Shown: positions 15,101 to 28,863 of the stretch, piece by piece
How the letters are laid out: each line of letters opens with the position of its first letter
Numbering within the stretch: position 1 is the first letter of the stretch
Source of the DNA: Auanema rhodensis
Taxonomy: Eukaryota; Animalia; Nematoda
NCBI GenBank assembly: GCA_964057225.1
Contig: CAXKVF010000073.1
Span: 1,178,001 to 1,242,000, forward strand
Length of the DNA: 64,000 nt
Reading direction: 5' to 3'
Made by a program: the position numbers and the translations under genes
Notes under the pieces: generated by a model
Database searches by the model: none
Told to the model about the DNA's origin: nothing
What the model saw: the letters and a program-made list of their open reading frames with translations, nothing else

Positions 15101-15709
15101 AAATTTGTTTTTAGACTAATATGGACATGGGGAATCTAATTTTGAAAACCGCATCTCTTTATCTTTCACGTGAAGCGAGTTACATACCAAGTGCACATCA
15201 CGTGTACATTTAATTAGCATAAATTAAAGTTCACGTAAATTTCAAAGTCATGGTTACCATGAACCAATATCAATAAAAATTTGTTTTTAGACTAATATGG
15301 ACATGGGGAATCTAATTTTGAAAACCGCATCTCTTTATCTTTCACGTGAAGCGAGTTACATACCAAGTGCACATCACGTGTACATTTAATTAGCATAAAT
15401 TAAAGTTCACGTAAATTTCAAAGTCATGGTTACCATGCACCAATATCAATAAAAATTTGTTTTTAGACTAATATGGACATGGGGAATCTAATTTTGAATA
15501 CCGCATCTCTTTATCTTTCACGTGAAGCGAGTTACATACCAAGTGCACATCACGTGTACATTTAATTAGCATAAATTAAAGTTCACGTAAATTTCAAAGT
15601 CATGGTTACCATGCACCAATATCAATAAAAATTTGTTTTTAGACTAATATGGACATGGGGAATCTAATTTTGAAAACCGCATCTCTTTATCTTTCACGTG
15701 CAGCGAGTT

Positions 15710-17470
15710 ACATACCAAGTGCGCATCACGTGTACATTTAATTAGCATAAATTAAAGTTCACGTAAATTTCAAAGTCATGGTTACCATGAACCAATATCA
15801 ATAAAAATTTGTTTTGAGACTAATATGGACATGGGGAATCTAATTTTGAAAACCGCATCTCTTTATCTTTCACGTGAAGCGAGTTACATACCAAGTGCAC
15901 ATCACGTGTACATTTAATTAGCATAAATTAAAGTTCACGTAAATTTCAAAGTCATGGTTACCATGAAGCAATATCAATAAAAATTTGTTTTTAGACTAAT
16001 ATGGACATGGGGAATCTAATTTTGAAAACCGCATCTCTTTATCTTTCACGTGAAGCGAGTTACATACCAAGTGCACATCACGTGTACATTTAATTAGCAT
16101 AAATTAAAGTTCACGTAAATTTCAAAGTCATGGTTACCATGAACCAATATCAATAAAAATTTGTTTTTAGACTAATATGGACATGGGGAATCTAATTTTG
16201 AAAACCGCATCTCTTTATCTTTCACGAGAATCGAGTTACATACCAAGTGCACATCACGTGTACATTTAATTAGCATAAATTAAAGTTCACGTAAAATTCA
16301 AAGTCATGGTTACCATGCACCAATATCAATAAAAATTTGTTTTTAGACTAATATGGACATGGGGAATCTAATTTTGAAAACCGCATCTCTTTATCTTTCA
16401 CGTGAAGCGAGTTACATACCAAGTGCACATCATGTGTACATTTAATTAGCATAAATTAAAGTTCACGTAAAATTCAAAGTCATGGTTACCATGCACCAAT
16501 ATCAATAAAAATTTGTTTTTAGACTAATATGGACATGGGGAATCTAATTTTGAAAACCGCATCTCTTCATCTTTCACGTGAAGCGAGTTACATACCAAGT
16601 GCGCATCACGTGTACATTTAATTAGCATAAATTAAAGTTCACGTAAATTTCAAAGTCATGGTTACCATGAACCAATATCAATAAAAATTTGTTTTGAGAC
16701 TAATATGGACATGGGGAATCTAATTTTGAAAACCGCATCTCTTTATCTTTCACGTGAAGCGAGTTACATACCAAGTGCACATCACGTGTACATTTAATTA
16801 GCATAAATTAAAGTTCACGTAAATTTCAAAGTCATGGTTACCATGAAGCAATATCAATAAAAATTTGTTTTTAGACTAATATGGACATGGGGAATCTAAT
16901 TTTGAAAACCGCATCTCTTTATCTTTCACGTGAAGCGAGTTACATACCAAGTGCACATCACGTGTACATTTAATTAGCATAAATTAAAGTTCACGTAAAT
17001 TTCAAAGTCATGGTTACCATGAACCAATATCAATAAAAATTTGTTTTTAGACTAATATGGACATGGGGAATCTAATTTTGAAAACCGCATCTCTTTATCT
17101 TTCACGAGAATCGAGTTACATACCAAGTGCACATCACGTGTACATTTAATTAGCATAAATTAAAGTTCACGTAAAATTCAAAGTCATGGTTACCATGCAC
17201 CAATATCAATAAAAATTTGTTTTTAGACTAATATGGACATGGGGAATCTAATTTTGAAAACCGCATCTCTTTATCTTTCACGTGAAGCGAGTTACATACC
17301 AAGTGCACATCATGTGTACATTTAATTAGCATAAATTAAAGTTCACGTAAAATTCAAAGTCATGGTTACCATGCACCAATATCAATAAAAATTTGTTTTT
17401 AGACTAATATGGACATGGGGAATCTAATTTTGAAAACCGCATCTCTTCATCTTTCACGTGAAGCGAGTTA
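15710..17470 (+). repeat. 5-monomer (880 bp) tandem block duplication
   Basis: Rare variants recur at +880: gtgcgc 15723/16603, cacgagaatc 16227/17107, catcatgtg 16433/17313, T25C 16568/17448. Confidence 0.9.
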
Positions 17471-18655
17471 CATACCAAGTGCACATCACGTGTACATTTA
17501 ATTAGCATAAATTAAAGTTCACGTAAATTTCAAAGTCATGGTTACCATGAAGCAATATCAATAAAAATTTGTTTTTAGACTAATATGGACATGGGGAATC
17601 TAATTTTGAAAACCGCATCTCTTTATCTTTCACGTGAAGCAAGTTACATACCAAGTGCACATCACGTGTACATTTAATTAGCATAAATTAAAGTTCACGT
17701 AAATTTCAAAGTCATGGTTACCATGAACTAATATCAATAAAAATTTGTTTTTAGACTAATATGGACATGGGGAATCTAATTTTGAAAACCGCATCTCTTT
17801 ATCTTTCACGTGAAGCGAGTTACATACCAAGTGCACATCACGTGTACATTTAATTAGCATAAATTAAAGTTCACGTAAATTTCAAAGTCATGGTTACCAT
17901 GAAGCAATATCAATAAAAATTTGTTTTTAGACTAATATGGACATGGGGAATCTAATTTTGAAAACCGCATCTCTTTATCTTTCACGTGAAGCGAGTTACA
18001 TACCAAGTGCACATCACGTGTACATTTAATTAGCATAAATTAAAGTTCACGTAAATTTCAAAGTCATGGTTACCATGAACCAATATCAATAAAAATTTGT
18101 TTTTAGACTAATATGAACATGGGGAATCTAATTTTGGAAACCGCATCTCTTTATCTTTCACGTGAAGCGAGTTACATACCAAGTGCACATCACGTGTACA
18201 TTTAATTAGCATAAATTAAAGTTCACGTAAATTTCAAAGTCATGGTTACCATGAAGCAATATCAATAAAAATTTGTTTTTAGACTAATATGGACATGGGG
18301 AATCTAATTTTGAAAACCGCATCTCTTTATCTTTCACGTGAAGCGAGTTACATACCAAGTGCACATCACGTGTACATTTAATTAGCATAAATTAAAGTTC
18401 ACGTAAATTTCAAAGTCATGGTTACCATGAACCAATATCAATAAAAATTTGTTTTTAGACTAATATGGACATGAGGAATCTAATTTTGAAAACCGCATCT
18501 CTTTATCTTTCACGTGAAGCGAGTTACATACCAAGTGCACATCACGTGTACATTTAATTAGCATAAATTAAAGTTCACGTAAATTTCAAAGTCATGGTTA
18601 CCATGAACTAATATCAATAAAAATTTGTTTTTAGACTAATATGGACATGGGGAAT

Positions 18656-21600
18656 CTAATTTTGAAAACCGCATCTCTTTATCTTTCACGTGAAGCGAGT
18701 TACATACCAAGTGCACATCACGTGTACATTTAATTAGCATAAATTAAAGTTCACGTAAATTTCAAAGTCATGGTTACCATGAAGCAATATCAATAAAAAT
18801 TTGTTTTTAGACTAATATGGACATGGGGAATCTAATTTTGAAAACCGCATCTCTTTATCTTTCACGTGAAGCGAGTTACATACCAAGTGCACATCACGTG
18901 TACATTTAATTAGCATAAATTAAAGTTCACGTAAATTTCAAAGTCATGGTTACCATGAACCAATATCAATAAAAATTTGTTTTTAGACTAATATGAACAT
19001 GGGGAATCTAATTTTGGAAACCGCATCTCTTTATCTTTCACGTGAAGCGAGTTACATACCAAGTGCACATCACGTGTACATTTAATTAGCATAAATTAAA
19101 GTTCACGTAAATTTCAAAGTCATGGTTACCATGAAGCAATATCAATAAAAATTTGTTTTTAGACTAATATGGACATGGGGAATCTAATTTTGAAAACCGC
19201 ATCTCTTTATCTTTCACGTGAAGCGAGTTACATACCAAGTGCACATCACGTGTACATTTAATTAGCATAAATTAAAGATCACGTAAATTTCAAAGTCATG
19301 GTTACCATGAACCAATATCAATAAAAATTTGTTTTTAGACTAATATGGACATGGGGAATCTAATTTTGAAAACCGCATCTCTTTATCTTTCACGTGAAGC
19401 GAGTTACATACCAAGTGCACATCACGTGTACATTTAATTAGCATAAATTAAAGTTCACGTAAATTTCAAAGTCATGGTTACCATGAACCAATATCAATAA
19501 AAATTTGTTTTTAGACTAATATGGACATGGGGAATCTAATTTTGAAAACCGCATCTCTTTATCTTTCACGTGAAGCGAGTTACATACCAAGTGCACATCA
19601 CGTGTACATTTAATTAGCATAAATTAAAGTTCACGTAAATTTCAAAGTCATGGTTACCATGCACCAATATCAATAAAAATTTGTTTTTAGACTAATATGG
19701 ACATGGGGAATCTAATTTTGAAAACCGCATCTCTTTATCTTTCACGTGCAGCGAGTTACATACCAAGTGCGCATCACGTGTACATTTAATTAGCATAAAT
19801 TAAAGTTCACGTAAATTTCAAAGTCATGGTTACCATGAACCAATATCAATAAAAATTTGTTTTGAGACTAATATGGACATGGGGAATCTAATTTTGAAAA
19901 CCGCATCTCTTTATCTTTCACGTGAAGCGAGTTACATACCAAGTGCACATCACGTGTACATTTAATTAGCATAAATTAAAGTTCACGTAAATTTCAAAGT
20001 CATGGTTACCATGAAGCAATATCAATAAAAATTTGTTTTTAGACTAATATGGACATGGGGAATCTAATTTTGAAAACCGCATCTCTTTATCTTTCACGTG
20101 AAGCGAGTTACATACCAAGTGCACATCACGTGTACATTTAATTAGCATAAATTAAAGTTCACGTAAATTTCAAAGTCATGGTTACCATGCACCAATATCA
20201 ATAAAAATTTGTTTTTAGACTAATATGGACATGGGGAATCTAATTTTGAAAACCGCATCTCTTTATCTTTCACGAGAATCGAGTTACATACCAAGTGCAC
20301 ATCACGTGTACATTTAATTAGCATAAATTAAAGTTCACGTAAAATTCAAAGTCATGGTTACCATGCACCAATATCAATAAAAATTTGTTTTTAGACTAAT
20401 ATGGACATGGGGAATCTAATTTTGAAAACCGCATCTCTTTATCTTTCACGTGAAGCGAGTTACATACCAAGTGCACATCACGTGTACATTTAATTAGCAT
20501 AAATTAAAGTTCACGTAAATTTCAAAGTCATGGTTACCATGAAGCAATATCAATAAAAATTTGTTTTTAGACTAATATGGACATGGGGAATCTAATTTTG
20601 AAAACCGCATCTCTTTATCTTTCACGTGAAGCGAGTTACATACCAAGTGCACATCACGTGTACATTTAATTAGCATAAATTAAAGTTCACGTAAATTTCA
20701 AAGTCATGGTTACCATGAACCAATATCAATAAAAATTTGTTTTTAGACTAATATGGACATGGGGAATCTAATTTTGAAAACCGCATCTCTTTATCTTTCA
20801 CGTGAAGCGAGTTACATACCAAGTGCACATCACGTGTACATTTAATTAGCATAAATTAAAGTTCACGTAAATTTCAAAGTCATGGTTACCATGAACCAAT
20901 ATCAATAAAAATTTGTTTTTAGACTAATATGAACATGGGGAATCTAATTTTGAAAACCGCATCTCTTTATCTTTCACGTGAAGCGAGTTACATACCAAGT
21001 GCACATCACGTGTACATTTAATTAGCATAAATTAAAGTTCACGTAAATTTCAAAGTCATGGTTACCATGAAGCAATATCAATAAAAATTTGTTTTTAGAC
21101 TAATATGGACATGGGGAATCTAATTTTGAAAACCGCATCTCTTTATCTTTCACGTGAAGCGAGTTACATACCAAGTGCACATCACGTGTACATTTAATTA
21201 GCATAAATTAAAGTTCACGTAAATTTCAAAGTCATGGTTACCATGAACCAATATCAATAAAAATTTGTTTTTAGACTAATATGAACATGGGGAATCTAAT
21301 TTTGGAAACCGCATCTCTTTATCTTTCACGTGAAGCGAGTTACATACCAAGTGCACATCACGTGTACATTTAATTAGCATAAATTAAAGTTCACGTAAAT
21401 TTCAAAGTCATGGTTACCATGAAGCAATATCAAAAAAAATTTGTTTTTAGACTAATATGGACATGGGGAATCTAATTTTGAAAACCGCATCTCTTTATCT
21501 TTCACGTGAAGCGAGTTACATACCAAGTGCACATCACGTGTACATTTAATTAGCATAAATTAAAGATCACGTAAATTTCAAAGTCATGGTTACCATGAAC

Positions 21601-23231
21601 CAATATCAATAAAAATTTGTTTTTAGACTAATATGGACATGGGGAATCTAATTTTGAAAACCGCATCTCTTTATCTTTCACGTGAAGCGAGTTACATACC
21701 AAGTGCACATCACGTGTACATTTAATTAGCATAAATTAAAGTTCACGTAAATTTCAAAGTCATGGTTACCATGAACCAATATCAATAAAAATTTGTTTTT
21801 AGACTAATATGGACATGGGGAATCTAATTTTGAAAACCGCATCTCTTTATCTTTCACGTGAAGCGAGTTACATACCAAGTGCACATCACGTGTACATTTA
21901 ATTAGCATAAATTAAAGTTCACGTAAATTTCAAAGTCATGGTTACCATGCACCAATATCAATAAAAATTTGTTTTTAGACTAATATGGACATGGGGAATC
22001 TAATTTTGAAAACCGCATCTCTTTATCTTTCACGTGCAGCGAGTTACATACCAAGTGCGCATCACGTGTACATTTAATTAGCATAAATTAAAGTTCACGT
22101 AAATTTCAAAGTCATGGTTACCATGAACCAATATCAATAAAAATTTGTTTTGAGACTAATATGGACATGGGGAATCTAATTTTGAAAACCGCATCTCTTT
22201 ATCTTTCACGTGAAGCGAGTTACATACCAAGTGCACATCACGTGTACATTTAATTAGCATAAATTAAAGTTCACGTAAATTTCAAAGTCATGGTTACCAT
22301 GAAGCAATATCAATAAAAATTTGTTTTTAGACTAATATGGACATGGGGAATCTAATTTTGAAAACCGCATCTCTTTATCTTTCACGTGAAGCGAGTTACA
22401 TACCAAGTGCACATCACGTGTACATTTAATTAGCATAAATTAAAGTTCACGTAAATTTCAAAGTCATGGTTACCATGCACCAATATCAATAAAAATTTGT
22501 TTTTAGACTAATATGGACATGGGGAATCTAATTTTGAAAACCGCATCTCTTTATCTTTCACGAGAATCGAGTTACATACCAAGTGCACATCACGTGTACA
22601 TTTAATTAGCATAAATTAAAGTTCACGTAAAATTCAAAGTCATGGTTACCATGCACCAATATCAATAAAAATTTGTTTTTAGACTAATATGGACATGGGG
22701 AATCTAATTTTGAAAACCGCATCTCTTTATCTTTCACGTGAAGCGAGTTACATACCAAGTGCACATCACGTGTACATTTAATTAGCATAAATTAAAGTTC
22801 ACGTAAATTTCAAAGTCATGGTTACCATGAAGCAATATCAATAAAAATTTGTTTTTAGACTAATATGGACATGGGGAATCTAATTTTGAAAACCGCATCT
22901 CTTTATCTTTCACGTGAAGCGAGTTACATACCAAGTGCACATCACGTGTACATTTAATTAGCATAAATTAAAGTTCACGTAAATTTCAAAGTCATGGTTA
23001 CCATGAACCAATATCAATAAAAATTTGTTTTTAGACTAATATGGACATGGGGAATCTAATTTTGAAAACCGCATCTCTTTATCTTTCACGTGAAGCGAGT
23101 TACATACCAAGTGCACATCACGTGTACATTTAATTAGCATAAATTAAAGTTCACGTAAATTTCAAAGTCATGGTTACCATGAACCAATATCAATAAAAAT
23201 TTGTTTTTAGACTAATATGAACATGGGGAAT
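18656..23231 (+). repeat. 13-monomer (2288 bp) higher-order tandem duplication, 2 copies
   Basis: Rare variants recur at +2288: G165A 18996/21284, aaagatc 19278/21566, gtgcagc 19749/22037, cacgagaatc 20275/22563, G165A 20932/23220. Confidence 0.93.
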
Positions 23232-24991
23232 CTAATTTTGGAAACCGCATCTCTTTATCTTTCACGTGAAGCGAGTTACATACCAAGTGCACATCACGTG
23301 TACATTTAATTAGCATAAATTAAAGTTCACGTAAATTTCAAAGTCATGGTTACCATGAAGCAATATCAATAAAAATTTGTTTTTAGACTAATATGGACAT
23401 GGGGAATCTAATTTTGAAAACCGCATCTCTTTATCTTTCACGTGAAGCGAGTTACATACCAAGTGCACATCACGTGTACATTTAATTAGCATAAATTAAA
23501 GTTCACGTAAATTTCAAAGTCATGGTTACCATGAACCAATATCAATAAAAATTTGTTTTTAGACTAATATGGACATGGGGAATCTAATTTTGAAAACCGC
23601 ATCTCTTTATCTTTCACGTGAAGCGAGTTACATACCAAGTGCACATCACGTGTACATTTAATTAGCATAAATTAAAGTTCACGTAAATTTCAAAGTCATG
23701 GTTACCATGAACCAATATCAATAAAAATTTGTTTTTAGACTAATATGAACATGGGGAATCTAATTTTGGAAACCGCATCTCTTTATCTTTCACGTGAAGC
23801 GAGTTGCATACCAAGTGCACATCACGTGTACATTTAATTAGCATAAATTAAAGTTCACGTAAATTTCAAAGTCATGGTTACCATGAAGCAATATCAATAA
23901 AAATTTGTTTTTAGACTAATATGGACATGGGGAATCTAATTTTGAAAACCGCATCTCTTTATCTTTCACGTGAAGCGAGTTACATACCAAATGCACATCA
24001 CGTGTACATTTAATTAGCATAAATTAAAGTTCACGTAAATTTCAAAGTCATGGTTACCATGAACCAATATCAATAAAAATTTGTTTTTAGACTAATATGG
24101 ACATGGGGAATCTAATTTTGAAAACCGCATCTCTTTATCTTTCACGTGAAGCGAGTTACATACCAAGTGCACATCACGTGTACATTTAATTAGCATAAAT
24201 TAAAGTTCACGTAAAATTCAAAGTCATGGTTACCATGCACCAATATCAATAAAAATTTGTTTTTAGACTAATATGGACATGGGGAATCTAATTTTGAAAA
24301 CCGCATCTCTTTATCTTTCACGTGAAGCGAGTTACATACCAAGTGCACATCACGTGTACATTTAATTAGCATAAATTAAAGTTCACGTAAATTTCAAAGT
24401 CATGGTTACCATGCACCAATATCAATAAAAATTTGTTTTTAGACTAATATGGACATGGGGAATCTAATTTTGAAAACCGCATCTCTTTATCTTTCACGTG
24501 AAGCGAGTTACATACCAAGTGCACATCACGTGTACATTTAATTAGCATAAATTAAAGTTCACGTAAATTTCAAAGTCATGGTTACCATGAACCAATATCA
24601 ATAAAAATTTGTTTTTAGACTAATATGGACATGGGGAATCTAATTTTGAAAACCGCATCTCTTTATCTTTCACGTGAAGCGAGTTACATACCAAGTGCAC
24701 ATCACGTGTACATTTAATTAGCATAAATTAAAGTTCACGTAAATTTCAAAGTCATGGTTACCATGAACCAATATCAATAAAAATTTGTTTTTAGACTAAT
24801 ATGAACATGGGGAATCTAATTTTGGAAACCGCATCTCTTTATCTTTCACGTGAAGCGAGTTACATACCAAGTGCACATCACGTGTACATTTAATTAGCAT
24901 AAATTAAAGTTCACGTAAATTTCAAAGTCATGGTTACCATGAAGCAATATCAATAAAAATTTGTTTTTAGACTAATATGGACATGGGGAAT

Positions 24992-27900
24992 CTAATTTTG
25001 AAAACCGCATCTCTTTATCTTTCACGTGAAGCGAGTTACATACCAAGTGCACATCACGTGTACATTTAATTAGCATAAATTAAAGTTCACGTAAAATTCA
25101 AAGTCATGGTTACCATGCACCAATATCAATAAAAATTTGTTTTTAGACTAATATGGACATGGGGAATCTAATTTTGAAAACCGCATCTCTTTATCTTTCA
25201 CGTGAAGCGAGTTACATACCAAGTGCACATCACGTGTACATTTAATTAGCATAAATTAAAGTTCACGTAAATTTCAAAGTCATGGTTACCATGCACCAAT
25301 ATCAATAAAAATTTGTTTTTAGACTAATATGGACATGGGGAATCTAATTTTGAAAACCGCATCTCTTTATCTTTCACGTGAAGCGAGTTACATACCAAGT
25401 GCACATCACGTGTACATTTAATTAGCATAAATTAAAGTTCACGTAAATTTCAAAGTCATGGTTACCATGAACCAATATCAATAAAAATTTGTTTTTAGAC
25501 TAATATGGACATGGGGAATCTAATTTTGTAAACCGCATCTCTTTATCTTTCACGTGAAGCGAGTTACATACCAAGTGCACATCACGTGTACATTTAATTA
25601 GCATAAATTAAAGTTCACGTAAATTTCAAAGTCATGGTTACCATGAAGCAATATCAATAAAAATTTGTTTTTAAACTAATATGGACATGGGGAATCTAAT
25701 TTTGAAAACCGCATCTCTTTATCTTTCACGTGAAGCGAGTTACATACCAAGTGCACATCACGTGTACATTTAATTAGCATAAATTAAAGTTCACGTAAAT
25801 TTCAAAGTCATGGTTACCATGAACCAATATCAATAAAAATTTGTTTTTAGACTAATATGGACATGGGGAATCTAATTTTGAAAACCGCATCTCTTTATCT
25901 TTCACGTGAAGCGAGTTACATACCAAGTGCACATCACGTGTACATTTAATTAGCATAAATTAAAGTTCACGTAAATTTCAAAGTCATGGTTACCATGAAC
26001 CAATATCAATAAAAATTTGTTTTTAGACTAATATGAACATGGGGAATCTAATTTTGGAAACCGCATCTCTTTATCTTTCACGTGAAGCGAGTTACATACC
26101 AAGTGCACATCACGTGTACATTTAATTAGCATAAATTAAAGTTCACGTAAATTTCAAAGTCATGGTTACCATGAAGCAATATCAATAAAAATTTGTTTTT
26201 AGACTAATATGGACATGGGGAATCTAATTTTGAAAACCGCATCTCTTTATCTTTCACGTGAAGCGAGTTACATACCAAGTGCACATCACGTGTACATTTA
26301 ATTAGCATAAATTAAAGTTCACGTAAAATTCAAAGTCATGGTTACCATGCACCAATATCAATAAAAATTTGTTTTTAGACTAATATGGACATGGGGAATC
26401 TAATTTTGAAAACCGCATCTCTTTATCTTTCACGTGAAGCGAGTTACATACCAAGTGCACATCACGTGTACATTTAATTAGCATAAATTAAAGTTCACGT
26501 AAATTTCAAAGTCATGGTTACCATGAACCAATATCAATAAAAATTTGTTTTTAGACTAATATGGACATGGGGAATCTAATTTTGAAAACCGCATCTCTTT
26601 ATCTTTCACGTGAAGCGAGTTACATACCAAGTGCACATCACGTGTACATTTAATTAGCATAAATTAAAGTTCACGTAAATTTCAAAGTCATGGTTACCAT
26701 GAACCAATATCAATAAAAATTTGTTTTTAGACTAATATGGACATGGGGAATCTAATTTTGAAAACCGCATCTCTTTATCTTTCACGTGAAGCGAGTTACA
26801 TACCAAGTGCACATCACGTGTACATTTAATTAGCATAAATTAAAGTTCACGTAAATTTCAAAGTCATGGTTACCATGAAGCAATATCAATAAAAATTTGT
26901 TTTTAGACTAATATGGACATGGGGAATCTAATTTTGAAAACCGCATCTCTTTATCTTTCACGTGAAGCGAGTTACATACCAAGTGCACATCACGTGTACA
27001 TTTAATTAGCATAAATTAAAGTTCACGTAAAATTCAAAGTCATGGTTACCATGCACCAATATCAATAAAAATTTGTTTTTAGACTAATATGGACATGGGG
27101 AATCTAATTTTGAAAACCGCATCTCTTTATCTTTCACGTGAAGCGAGTTACATACCAAGTGCACATCACGTGTACATTTAATTAGCATAAATTAAAGTTC
27201 ACGTAAATTTCAAAGTCATGGTTACCATGCACCAATATCAATAAAAATTTGTTTTTAGACTAATATGGACATGGGGAATCTAATTTTGAAAACCGCATCT
27301 CTTTATCTTTCACGTGAAGCGAGTTACATACCAAGTGCACATCACGTGTACATTTAATTAGCATAAATTAAAGTTCACGTAAATTTCAAAGTCATGGTTA
27401 CCATGAACCAATATCAATAAAAATTTGTTTTTAGACTAATATGGACATGGGGAATCTAATTTTGAAAACCGCATCTCTTTATCTTTCACGTGAAGCGAGT
27501 TACATACCAAGTGCACATCACGTGTACATTTAATTAGCATAAATTAAAGTTCACGTAAATTTCAAAGTCATGGTTACCATGAAGCAATATCAATAAAAAT
27601 TTGTTTTTAGACTAATATGGACATGGGGAATCTAATTTTGAAAACCGCATCTCTTTATCTTTCACGTGAAGCGAGTTACATACCAAGTGCACATCACGTG
27701 TACATTTAATTAGCATAAATTAAAGTTCACGTAAATTTCAAAGTCATGGTTACCATGAACCAATATCAATAAAAATTTGTTTTTAGACTAATATGGACAT
27801 GGGGAATCTAATTTTGAAAACCGCATCTCTTTATCTTTCACGTGAAGCGAGTTACATACCAAGTGCACATCACGTGTACATTTAATTAGCATAAATTAAA

Positions 27901-28863
27901 GTTCACGTAAATTTCAAAGTCATGGTTACCATGAACCAATATCAATAAAAATTTGTTTTTAGACTAATATGAACATGGGGAATCTAATTTTGGAAACCGC
28001 ATCTCTTTATCTTTCACGTGAAGCGAGTTACATACCAAGTGCACATCACGTGTACATTTAATTAGCATAAATTAAAGTTCACGTAAATTTCAAAGTCATG
28101 GTTACCATGAAGCAATATCAATAAAAATTTGTTTTTAGACTAATATGGACATGGGGAATCTAATTTTGAAAACCGCATCTCTTTATCTTTCACGTGAAGC
28201 GAGTTACATACCAAGTGCACATCACGTGTACATTTAATTAGCATAAATTAAAGTTCACGTAAAATTCAAAGTCATGGTTACCATGCACCAATATCAATAA
28301 AAATTTGTTTTTAGACTAATATGGACATGGGGAATCTAATTTTGAAAACCGCATCTCTTTATCTTTCACGTGAAGCGAGTTACATACCAAGTGCACATCA
28401 CGTGTACATTTAATTAGCATAAATTAAAGTTCACGTAAATTTCAAAGTCATGGTTACCATGAACCAATATCAATAAAAATTTGTTTTTAGACTAATATGG
28501 ACATGGGGAATCTAATTTTGAAAACCGCATCTCTTTATCTTTCACGTGAAGCGAGTTACATACCAAGTGCACATCACGTGTACATTTAATTAGCATAAAT
28601 TAAAGTTCACGTAAATTTCAAAGTCATGGTTACCATGAACCAATATCAATAAAAATTTGTTTTTAGACTAATATGGACATGGGGAATCTAATTTTGAAAA
28701 CCGCATCTCTTTATCTTTCACGTGAAGCGAGTTACATACCAAGTGCACATCACGTGTACATTTAATTAGCATAAATTAAAGTTCACGTAAATTTCAAAGT
28801 CATGGTTACCATGAAGCAATATCAATAAAAATTTGTTTTTAGACTAATATGGACATGGGGAAT
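24992..28863 (+). repeat. 11-monomer (1936 bp) higher-order tandem duplication, 2 copies
   Basis: The 127-129 alleles follow the same order over 11 monomers; T105A at 25096/27032 and 26328/28264; G165A at 26036/27972. Confidence 0.88.
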
